Assembly (NCBI GenBank): GCA_963708295.1
Contig: CAVPSJ010000004.1
Location: 992,001 to 1,056,000 of the forward strand
From: an uncultured delta proteobacterium
Lineage (GTDB): Bacteria > Desulfobacterota > BSN033 > UBA1163
Direction: 5' to 3'
DNA: 64,000 bases
Position 1 is the first letter of the stretch, and each line of letters starts with the position of its first letter. Positions 19,139 to 26,797 of this stretch are shown here, piece by piece. The notes beneath the pieces are model-generated. The model searched no databases. It was not told the origin of the DNA and saw nothing but the letters and a program-made list of their open reading frames with translations. A program made the position numbers and the translations under genes.

Positions 19139-19473
19139 GAGTCTACTTTCACCCCGATGCCGAAGATGAATTGGATAAGGCTATAGAGTATTATGAGCAA
19201 TTACAGCCTGGGCTCGGTATTGAATTTGCGGAAGAAATTTATGCCACCATTACTCGTATTATTGAGTATCCGGATGCTTGGTCATCATTGTCCAAGAACT
19301 CCCGCCGTTGTCTAGTCAATCGCTTTCCATATGGAGTGGTATATCAGATCAAATCTCGTTCTCTCCGAATTATTGCGGTAGCCCATCTTCATCGCCGGCC
19401 AAGCTATTGGAAAGAAAGACTGGAGCAGAACAAGCGGCTCCAGCGGATCGCCAATAAACATGGCTCCCGCTGA
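19135..19473 (+). CDS. RelE/ParE-family toxin
   Basis: FHPDAEDEL...YY...GLG.EF...RRCLVNRFPYGVVY...IIAVAHLHRRPSYW; tail reads into attC6. Confidence 0.88.
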   Translation: MRVYFHPDAEDELDKAIEYYEQLQPGLGIEFAEEIYATITRIIEYPDAWSSLSKNSRRCLVNRFPYGVVYQIKSRSLRIIAVAHLHRRPSYWKERLEQNKRLQRIANKHGSR

Positions 19474-19488
19474 GCCATAGCGTTCGTT
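19425..19488 (+). other. attC site 6
   Basis: R'' gcagaac (complement of attC5 R'); ggctccagcgg / ccgctgagcc; R' gttcgtt; 64 bp. Confidence 0.85.
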
Positions 19489-19509
19489 TCTTATATTGAT
19501 ATTGAGCGG

Positions 19510-19538
19510 TTGACGTTTTGACGTTATGGTGTTATAGT
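19510..19538 (+). promoter_or_regulatory. Cassette-internal promoter/operator of the RHH-RelE pair
   Basis: TTGACG-17 bp-TATAGT overlapped by tandem ttgacgtt repeats. Confidence 0.6.
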
Positions 19539-19565
19539 TACATACCTACACCCGGAGGTAAGATC

Positions 19566-19799
19566 ATGATTACACAAACCAAAAGGGCTACAGTATATTT
19601 GGACCCCGATTTACATAAAGCGTTACGGCTGAAGGCCGTAGAGACCTCCCGATCAATATCAGAGCTTGTCAATAATGCCATCAGAGAAGCCCTTGCAGAA
19701 GATGCCGAGGATATTGCGGCGTTTGAAGAAAGGGCTAGAGAGCCATTGATTAGCTATGACGAAATGGTCAAAAGGCTAAAGAGAGATGGCCGCATATAA
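19566..19799 (+). CDS. CopG/ribbon-helix-helix antitoxin
   Basis: KRATVYLDPDLHKALRLKAVETSRSISELVNNAIR; acidic C-terminus; GGAGG RBS. Confidence 0.85.
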   Translation: MITQTKRATVYLDPDLHKALRLKAVETSRSISELVNNAIREALAEDAEDIAAFEERAREPLISYDEMVKRLKRDGRI

Positions 19800-20043
19800 A
19801 GTTCATTTCAAAGCATCTGTTGAGAAAGACTTCACCACAATACCCAAGAAAGATTTGAAGAAGATCCTCAAGCGTATTGAGGGACTCGCCGAGAACCCAA
19901 GGCCATCGGGTTGCGAAAAGCTGACAGGTCAAGAAAGGTATCGACTCCGTCAAGGACGGTATCGAATCGTCTATTCGATCCAAGACGATGAACTCACAGT
20001 TTGGGTAGTCAAAGTGGGACATCGTAAAGACATTTATCGGTGA
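19786..20043 (+). CDS. RelE/StbE-family toxin
   Basis: LAENPRPSGCEKLTG...YRLRQGRYRIVYSI...VKVGHRKDIYR. Confidence 0.9.
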   Translation: MAAYKVHFKASVEKDFTTIPKKDLKKILKRIEGLAENPRPSGCEKLTGQERYRLRQGRYRIVYSIQDDELTVWVVKVGHRKDIYR

Positions 20044-20107
20044 AGCGAACAAACGGCTGCACCGGATCGCCAATAAATCCGGCTTCCGATGATGCCCATC
20101 GTTGCCC
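20044..20107 (+). other. attC site 7
   Basis: R'' agcgaac right after the toxin stop; near copy of attC6; R' gttgccc. Confidence 0.75.
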
Positions 20108-20155
20108 GCGCACGTCATGCATATCTTAGAGGCCGTAAACAAAGTGCTGGATAAG

Positions 20156-20722
20156 ATGACCGGACAGAAGATGGTTTGCCCGTGGTGGTTGTGTTTCACC
20201 TTTGACAATCCCTTGCGTAAACTTCTTCATAATCCCGAAGCCATACTCAGCCCCTATGTCCGCCCCGGGAACACCGTTATCGATATCGGCCCCGGCATGG
20301 GTTATTTCTCCATTCCCCTTGCGAGATTGGTCGGGCCAACAGGCCGTGTGATTGCGATTGACGTTCAGGCCAAAATGCTCGAAGCACTCGCAAACCGAGC
20401 CCGCAGAAGTGGAGTCTCAGAAAGAATCCAACCCCATCTCGCATCCCCGGATTCTCTCGGTAATCATCCGAAGGTCGATTTTGTTATGGCCTTTTGGATG
20501 GTTCACGAGGTTCCGGATCAACGAACATTTCTCGCAGAAATATTGGGGTTTCTAAAATCCAAGGGGCTCTTCCTTCTCGCGGAACCCATTTTCCACGTGC
20601 CTAAGAAGAGCTTTCTTCGGACCGTACAAACCGCAAATGAAATCGGTTTCATCGTAAAAGATATGCCGAAAATACGCCTAAGTCATAGTGTTCTTTTTAC
20701 GCGCAATGGAAACAGCCTCTAA
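20156..20722 (+). CDS. Class I SAM-dependent methyltransferase
   Basis: VCPWW...DNPLR, VIDIGPGMGYF, VIAIDVQ, FWMVHEVPD. Confidence 0.85.
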   Translation: MTGQKMVCPWWLCFTFDNPLRKLLHNPEAILSPYVRPGNTVIDIGPGMGYFSIPLARLVGPTGRVIAIDVQAKMLEALANRARRSGVSERIQPHLASPDSLGNHPKVDFVMAFWMVHEVPDQRTFLAEILGFLKSKGLFLLAEPIFHVPKKSFLRTVQTANEIGFIVKDMPKIRLSHSVLFTRNGNSL

Positions 20723-20752
20723 TCTAAAGCAAACATAATAAATGAAATGACA

Positions 20753-21847
20753 TCACCCCCTCCCTAGCCCTCCCCCCTCGAGGGGGAGGGGAGGGTGGGG
20801 GGAGAAGCCAACGGACTTCCTGTGGATTGAAAGTTCTTCTCCTTGAGTTTGAAGCCCGAGGGTGCCTCTCGGTAATTCCTTTCTCCCATCGATCAAGATA
20901 TCGCTAAGGTTGAAGCGTTTCTTCAGCTTTAGAATATTTTCATTCTTCTGGCCCCTGAGATTTGAAATCTCTTTGGGATGGCAAAAGAACAGGGCTGGCT
21001 CTTTTTTATGAGAGATTTGGAGTAGGGACGCCGCCATGTCAAAAAAAATAGCCGCATCAACAAGCTGGCGGAGAGCTGGATGATAAGGGCCAGCAAGAAA
21101 ATTCCTCTCTAACTCATCGGTGGGCTGGAGACCCATGCGGGCGACTGAGAGGGATGAATTTTCAAGCCTCGCCAGTCCTCTCTTCAGCCAATCGATCGTT
21201 TCATCCATTGAAAGAGGAGTATATCTGCCTTCCCTCCAGAGGTCTTCAAGAGGAGCCCCGTTGAGGACCAGTGTGGGATGGATTCTCACGAAATCGGGTT
21301 TGAGCTCGATGACCCGGTCGAGGGTTTGGAGGAAGCGATCGCAAGTGTCACCCGGTAATCCAATCATGAGCTGATGGCCAACCTCGAATCCCCATTGCTT
21401 TAGTCGTAACGTAGCAGAAGCCGTATCTTCTGCGCGATGGCCCCGAAGGGCGAGGGAAAGGACTTCATCGATCATGGACTGCACTCCGACTTCAATCGTC
21501 TTGATCCCATATTCCTTGAGCAGGAAGAGGGTCTCTTCATCTAGGGCATCGGGTCGGGTGGAGACGCGGATGGAATCGATCAAACCGGAGGCGATGAAAG
21601 GCTGAACTTCTGTCAGATAACGAATCTGATCATCCCGATCGATGGCCGTGAAACTTCCGCCATAGAAGGCAACCTGTTTTTCTCTGTTTTTCTTATTGGA
21701 AGGGATTTGGACCAGGGAAGTCTCTATAAAGTTTCGAACGGAAGAGGGGGAGAAGAGCCGTTCGCTCGAAGCCTTCTGATTGCAGAAAAGACAGCGCTCA
21801 CGACAACCGAGATTGGGAAGGAAAATGGGGATAATCAAAGGCGGCAT
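20753..21847 (-). CDS. Radical SAM protein (Elp3-like family found next to rnc)
   Basis: GCRERCLFCNQ (CxxxCxxC), FYGGSFT, STRPD, GPYHPA; tail encoded by a REP hairpin. Confidence 0.85.
   Translation of the reverse strand: MPPLIIPIFLPNLGCRERCLFCNQKASSERLFSPSSVRNFIETSLVQIPSNKKNREKQVAFYGGSFTAIDRDDQIRYLTEVQPFIASGLIDSIRVSTRPDALDEETLFLLKEYGIKTIEVGVQSMIDEVLSLALRGHRAEDTASATLRLKQWGFEVGHQLMIGLPGDTCDRFLQTLDRVIELKPDFVRIHPTLVLNGAPLEDLWREGRYTPLSMDETIDWLKRGLARLENSSLSVARMGLQPTDELERNFLAGPYHPALRQLVDAAIFFDMAASLLQISHKKEPALFFCHPKEISNLRGQKNENILKLKKRFNLSDILIDGRKELPRGTLGLQTQGEELSIHRKSVGFSPHPPLPLEGGGLGRG
20755..20802. repeat. CCCTCCCC...GGGGAGGG REP-like hairpin (related copy at 54437-54485)
   Basis: ccctagccctcccccctcgagggggaggggagggtggggg. 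Confidence 0.65.
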
Positions 21848-21856
21848 CGCTACTTT

Positions 21857-22000
21857 TCAAATCCTAAATCCGAGTATCGAAACCCGAAACAATTACCAAA
21901 TCCAAATAACCAATCTCGAAATTCTCTATTCGTTTGGATGATTGGTATTTCGGACATTCGAATTTGTTTCGGATTTCGTGCTTAGAGTTTCGAATTTTTT
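21857..22000. repeat. AAATCCG/AAATTCG-type imperfect tandem repeats in inverted blocks
   Basis: aaatcctaaatccgagtatcgaaacccgaaac...gtttcggatttcgtgctt; similar blocks at 30551-30712, 32600-32656 and 54110-54225. Confidence 0.65.
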
Positions 22001-22687
22001 CATTGCGTCTTTGGCAGCTTCCTGCTCCGCCTCTTTCTTGCTTTTTCCCCATCCCAGCCCCTTCACCTCATCCCCGATCGAAACGGATGCCTGGAATCTC
22101 TTATCGTGATCCGGTCCGGACTCATTCATCACCCGATACTGGGGAGACAATCCATGAAACTGCTGGGAATATATCTGCAGAAGGCTTTTGAAATCATCGA
22201 ACAGTTCGGAGGGCGTGTTGGTTTGAAGATAAGTCTCGAAATGTCCTTTGATAAGGTCTAACGCCTGATCGAAACCTGAATCCATAAAGATGGCTCCCAC
22301 CAGGGCTTCGTAGGTATTGGCCAGGATGGAGGATTTTTGCGTCCCTCCGTTCAGCTGCTGGCTTTTCCCGAGGAGAAGGTAGCCTTCCAACTGAAGTTCC
22401 CTGGAGAGAGACGCGAGGGAGCTCCTTTTGACCAATTGGGACCTGAGCATGGAGAGGGTTCCTTCCTGGGCCTCAGGAGATTTGAGGAAGAGGAGGTAGC
22501 TGACCGCGAGATTGAGGACCGAATCCCCGAGAAATTCCAAAACCTCATTGGCCGTTTTTTCAGGATGATTGGTCTCATAGATAAACGACTTATGAGTCAG
22601 CGCCTGATCGAGCCATTTGATTTCTTTGAACCGATAACCCAGACGGCACTCCAACGCTTGAAGGGTTGCCAGCCTTTCTTCGTCCAC
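21926..22687 (-). CDS. rnc: Ribonuclease III
   Basis: ALTHKS, NEVLEFLGDSVL, EALVGAIFMDSG, dsRBD GPDHDKRF..GKSKKEAEQ. Confidence 0.93.
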   Translation of the reverse strand: MDEERLATLQALECRLGYRFKEIKWLDQALTHKSFIYETNHPEKTANEVLEFLGDSVLNLAVSYLLFLKSPEAQEGTLSMLRSQLVKRSSLASLSRELQLEGYLLLGKSQQLNGGTQKSSILANTYEALVGAIFMDSGFDQALDLIKGHFETYLQTNTPSELFDDFKSLLQIYSQQFHGLSPQYRVMNESGPDHDKRFQASVSIGDEVKGLGWGKSKKEAEQEAAKDAMKKFETLSTKSETNSNVRNTNHPNE

Positions 22688-22688
22688 G

Positions 22689-24026
22689 TTATTTCTCCAA
22701 GACTTTTCCGATCACACCTTTTTCAGACAGTCTGGTTACCCGAACGGTGCATTCCTGATTACCCCCGTCCCCCCCATCCCGATGTTTTCCCGCTCCGTTT
22801 CCATTGTCGAGCAGAACAGGAATGTAATTCCTGGAAAGCCCCTTTCCTCTCCCGGTTTCTTTTTCTTCACGGTTTTCGACCAGGACACTCAACTCTTGAT
22901 TAAGAAACTGGCGATAGAAGGTCTGGCGTTTCTCTCTCCCCAACCCCCTCATCGCTTCAGCCCTCCTTTTGATCTCTTTCTCATTTACCCTCTGTGGATA
23001 TTCGAATGCAGGGGTTCCCTTTCTCCTGGAAAAGGGGAAGACGTGAAGATAGGAGAAGGGCAGAGAGTCAACCAGATCATAGGTGTGCTTAAATTTCTCC
23101 TCTGTCTCTCCAGGAAATCCTACGATCACATCCGCTCCGATTGAGATCTTTGAGATTCTCAGGTGAAGTTCCCGGGCGAGATCCGAGAGGAAAGAACGGT
23201 CATAGTCTCTATACATCCTTTTCAATACGTCGTCGTCTCCGCTCTGGATGGGGATGTGAAGGTGGGGGCAGATCTTCTGGGATTCCGAAAGAGCGGAGAT
23301 CAATTCTGGAGAGAAGTCTCCCGGCTCGATCGAACTGAATCGGACTCGATCAGGAGTCTCTTCTTTCTCGATCTGCCTGATCAACTTTTCCAAAGAGAAG
23401 GGAGGGTGGAGGTCCAATCCGTAAGCGCCCAGGTGGATGCCGGTGAGGACGACTTCTATAAATCCCTTCGCTTTCAATATCCTCAGGTTTTCAGTCACTC
23501 TGTCCGGCGGGAGGCTTCTCGACCGACCCCTGGCATGAGGAACAATACAATAAGAACAGCGGGCATTACAGCCATCCTGGATTTTTAGAAAGGCACGGGT
23601 GTGGAGATGGAAGGAATCAAGAGGGGTCTCCGAAAAGAGTCTCTCTTTCTGAATATCATCCACGTGCACCCTTGGAAATTCACCTTCTTGCATCAAAGGG
23701 AGAAGTTCCGGAATCCGGCCCTTTTCTCCGTTTCCCACCAGGTAATGCACGCCCGGCATGTTCAAAAAAACATCCGTTTCCACCTGTGGGTAACATCCGG
23801 TGACAATGATCAAAGAATTCGGATTGGTTCGGGAGGCCCTCCGCACCAGCTGCCTCGATTGAAAATCGGCCCGGTGGGTGACGGTGCACGTATTGATCAG
23901 GGTGATGTCCGCGCCTTCCTCGAAGGGCACGACCGTATACGCTCTCTGCACGAGGGCATCGATCAGAGCCTCGGACTCGAACTGATTCACTTTACATCCG
24001 AGCGTGGCAACAGAAACAGTAGTCAT
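22689..24026 (-). CDS. mtaB: tRNA t6A37 methylthiotransferase MtaB
   Basis: TLGCKVNQFES, INTCTVT, KIQDGCNARCSYC, HVFPFSRRKGTPA. Confidence 0.9.
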   Translation of the reverse strand: MTTVSVATLGCKVNQFESEALIDALVQRAYTVVPFEEGADITLINTCTVTHRADFQSRQLVRRASRTNPNSLIIVTGCYPQVETDVFLNMPGVHYLVGNGEKGRIPELLPLMQEGEFPRVHVDDIQKERLFSETPLDSFHLHTRAFLKIQDGCNARCSYCIVPHARGRSRSLPPDRVTENLRILKAKGFIEVVLTGIHLGAYGLDLHPPFSLEKLIRQIEKEETPDRVRFSSIEPGDFSPELISALSESQKICPHLHIPIQSGDDDVLKRMYRDYDRSFLSDLARELHLRISKISIGADVIVGFPGETEEKFKHTYDLVDSLPFSYLHVFPFSRRKGTPAFEYPQRVNEKEIKRRAEAMRGLGREKRQTFYRQFLNQELSVLVENREEKETGRGKGLSRNYIPVLLDNGNGAGKHRDGGDGGNQECTVRVTRLSEKGVIGKVLEK

Positions 24027-24059
24027 TTTCGAATTCAAGCGGAACGAATTCTAACGGTG

Positions 24060-24782
24060 TCAAATCCGGGTCAGCCTGATCTTTCCCCAGACCCCCATCT
24101 TTTCCTCAACGATGATGAGCGTTCCCAATATCCCTTCGATTTCTCTGGCCCTCCCCAGACCGAGGGAAATATCGTTTTTTCCCTTGACGACGTTTCCGAC
24201 CGCCGTGGCCGCTGCATCGGCGAGGGCGGAAGATTTCGAGAGAATGCAAACCGCATTCGCCTTTCCAAAGCTGAGGGAAGGGCCTACCGTTCCTGAAGAG
24301 GTGCAGACACCGAGGGGGGTCTCCTCGGGCGAGATCACAATCCCTATTTTAAGACTGAGGGGAGAATCTCCCGCATAGATCCCGATGGTCCGCTCCTTGG
24401 AGCTGGCGAGATAGATATCCCCGCCATTTTCAACGATTACCTCGTTAGAGAGATTCAGCAGATCTTTTGAAACCAGATCGGCCATGGCTCCGGCAACAGT
24501 AGCCATCGGACCCACACCGGCCCGTTGGGAGGCCCGGAACATCTCTTTGACGATTTCCGGAGCATAAGGATCTTCTGGAAGAGGAACGAGGCTTTGTTGA
24601 AATCCGGGGTTCACCGCGACGTACGTTTCGAGCTGGTGACGATACTTCAATACGGACTCTCTCGTCTCCTTGGAAAGGTCGCGCTCTGCCCGGACGAGGA
24701 GGTCGGTTTCCTTGACAACGACCTCAAATTTAATAAGATCATCGGTTTTCACCAAATCCCGGTAGGTTCTTTTTTCATACAT
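24060..24782 (-). CDS. UPF0280/ApbE-like protein
   Basis: YEKRTYR, ETDL, VGPMATVAG, ENGGDI, CTSSGTVGPSLSFG, ADAAAT. Confidence 0.85.
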   Translation of the reverse strand: MYEKRTYRDLVKTDDLIKFEVVVKETDLLVRAERDLSKETRESVLKYRHQLETYVAVNPGFQQSLVPLPEDPYAPEIVKEMFRASQRAGVGPMATVAGAMADLVSKDLLNLSNEVIVENGGDIYLASSKERTIGIYAGDSPLSLKIGIVISPEETPLGVCTSSGTVGPSLSFGKANAVCILSKSSALADAAATAVGNVVKGKNDISLGLGRAREIEGILGTLIIVEEKMGVWGKIRLTRI

Positions 24783-24907
24783 CTTGATCTTTCTTCGACC
24801 CCTTTAACGATGAATGAACCATTATGATACCCAAACACATTGGGTGTCAAATGATTTGAAGGTTTGATTTCTTGCATTCGACACCTCACAGGATATAAAA
24901 TTTCGTT

Positions 24908-25435
24908 ATGGACACAGGTCTCCTTCCGGCAGATAAAGTATTAAGAAAAAAAGTTATCCTCTTCCTTCTAGTGGTCATACTCGCCTCCATTGTCCTTGAA
25001 CCTCATTTCAAAGCTTATATGCACCAAATCGATCAATTATCTGAGAAAGACCCGGAACGAGCCCTTGAGAAAACGATGCTCCTGCTCAAATGGAGTTTGA
25101 GAATCGTCTTTTTCTCTCTCTTGGGCATGGGAGCTTATCTCATCCTCCTTGCAAGGAGAACCTTGAGATCAGGCCAATACCCCCCACCCGGCATGAGGGT
25201 GATCAGGGATACGAGACTGCGAACAGAGAATCAAGCCAAAAGGGCAGCCCTCTCTCTGATCGCCCTTGCCTCCTTCCTTATTGTCGCTGCCTTTTTATTC
25301 TTATATTGGCCATACGCCTTTGAAAAAACGTTATTGAAAAAGAAAGGCTCCAATGAGAAAATAAACATATCCTTACAAACGCAATTAACTCATCGTCGTT
25401 CCCAAATTCGAGATTCCGAAACAAGTTCGGAATGA
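24908..25435 (+). CDS. Hypothetical membrane protein (about 3 TM)
   Basis: Three hydrophobic segments; GQYPPPGMRVIRDT loop; tail extended by a repeat. Confidence 0.65.
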   Translation: MDTGLLPADKVLRKKVILFLLVVILASIVLEPHFKAYMHQIDQLSEKDPERALEKTMLLLKWSLRIVFFSLLGMGAYLILLARRTLRSGQYPPPGMRVIRDTRLRTENQAKRAALSLIALASFLIVAAFLFLYWPYAFEKTLLKKKGSNEKINISLQTQLTHRRSQIRDSETSSE

Positions 25436-25491
25436 CATACTTTTTCTTGTCCTGCTAAACTGGTTTCAGCATCTTATTTAATGCGTTTGTA
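25373..25491. repeat. MITE-like element with a nested REP pair
   Basis: Outer arms tacaaacgcaattaa / ttaatgcgtttgta; inner agattccgaaacaagttcggaatgaca and its degenerate inverse, same family as 15278-15354. Confidence 0.65.
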
Positions 25492-25517
25492 TAAGTTAAG
25501 AAAGGAGGCGATTTCAA

Positions 25518-25832
25518 ATGAAGGGATTAAGAATGGCTGTGTTTGGTCTGGTTTGTTTCGGTCTTATGTTTGCACTTGCCTTTGCAGCCGGTAATGCGGA
25601 GAAGGGAAAGGCTCTTTTTAACGATCCGAAGCTCGGCGGAAGCACCGCCGGATTGTCATGCAACGCATGCCATCAGGATGGAAAAGGAGTGGAAAAAGCT
25701 GCTGACAGGAAGGACCTCGAGAAGCAGGTCAACGCGTGTATCAAGAATGCGCTCAAAGGGAAGGGAATCGATCCGAAATCCGCTGAGATGGCAGATATCG
25801 TTGCCTACATCAGGTCTCTAAGAAAGAAATAG
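25518..25832 (+). CDS. Small monoheme cytochrome c
   Basis: Signal peptide, GKALF, CNACH heme motif, AAGGAGG RBS. Confidence 0.88.
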   Translation: MKGLRMAVFGLVCFGLMFALAFAAGNAEKGKALFNDPKLGGSTAGLSCNACHQDGKGVEKAADRKDLEKQVNACIKNALKGKGIDPKSAEMADIVAYIRSLRKK

Positions 25833-25834
25833 CG

Positions 25835-26797
25835 TCAAACCGGGGTGCGGGCGGAAAAAGTTTCCAGGGCCCAGGCCACTCTCGTCTCCGGTGTCGCAAA
25901 AACTCCGGGACGTGCTTTATCGATGAGATCGAGACGCCTGAGGAGCCCCGTCTGGTTTGCAATCTGAATCTGGAGCCCTGGCCGTGCATTCATCTCGAGC
26001 AGAAGGGGCCCTTGCTCCTGATCGATCACCAGATCCACACCCAGGTAATTAAGGCCGGTCATATCAACCGCTTTAGCCGCGATGACGAGCATCCTCTCCC
26101 AGTGAGGCACCTGTATCCCCGTCACGGGCTTATGGGTGTCGGGGTGGTGAGTCACGACGCCGGATCGATGAACGCCAGCCAGGGTGGTTCCCCCCGCCAT
26201 ATCGATTCCAACGCCGATCGCCCCGCGATGAAGATTGGCCTTCCCGTCGGAAGCTTGTGTCGGAAGGCGAACCATACTCATCGCCGGCACGCCGCGATAG
26301 ACGATGATTCTTATGTCCGGGACGCCGCAATAGGTCACCGCATCGAAGATCGTATCGGGATGAACGAGTCCTTCGATGAAGGCCCGGTCCTCGAGCCCTT
26401 CGAGAGAATAGATTCCCGACAGGATGTCGGAGATGTGGTAAGAAAGGTCTTTCATCAGGATGATCTCACCGTTTTGCTTGACAAAACCTCCTGCCGAACG
26501 CTCCTTGACAAGGACAATACCACTTCCCCCGGCGCCCCGAGCGGGTTTGATTACGAAATCTCGGTAGCTCACCAGCTCTCGTTCGAATGTGGAAATATCC
26601 CCATGATGCTCGATCACATGGTACAAACGCGGGGTTGGAATCTGATGCGCTTCTGCCAGTTGTTTTGTTTTGAGCTTGTCGTCCACAAGAGGGAAAAGGG
26701 ATCGGGGATTGGAACGCATGATGAATTGGGCATTCCGACAATTCATCCCGAGCACTCCCACCTTTCGAAGCCGGCGGATGGTTTCCAGGATGGTCAT
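25835..26797 (-). CDS. Alpha-L-glutamate ligase-like (RimK-related) ATP-grasp protein
   Basis: GVLGMNCRN, VDDKLKTK, FVIKPARGAGGSGI, GVPDIR, KANLHRGA, LEMNARPGL. Confidence 0.88.
   Translation of the reverse strand: MTILETIRRLRKVGVLGMNCRNAQFIMRSNPRSLFPLVDDKLKTKQLAEAHQIPTPRLYHVIEHHGDISTFERELVSYRDFVIKPARGAGGSGIVLVKERSAGGFVKQNGEIILMKDLSYHISDILSGIYSLEGLEDRAFIEGLVHPDTIFDAVTYCGVPDIRIIVYRGVPAMSMVRLPTQASDGKANLHRGAIGVGIDMAGGTTLAGVHRSGVVTHHPDTHKPVTGIQVPHWERMLVIAAKAVDMTGLNYLGVDLVIDQEQGPLLLEMNARPGLQIQIANQTGLLRRLDLIDKARPGVFATPETRVAWALETFSARTPV

Noticed and set aside
15774-20107. CRISPR-like or guide-RNA array interpretation of the recurring palindromes
   Set aside because: The repeats are 64-89 bp, diverged, separated by whole genes and carry attC R boxes; no cas genes or constant-length spacers are seen in the window.
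20156-20722. Methyltransferase as an eighth cassette
   Set aside because: No attC follows it and no R'' complementary to gttgccc is visible; it is more likely the chromosomal flank.
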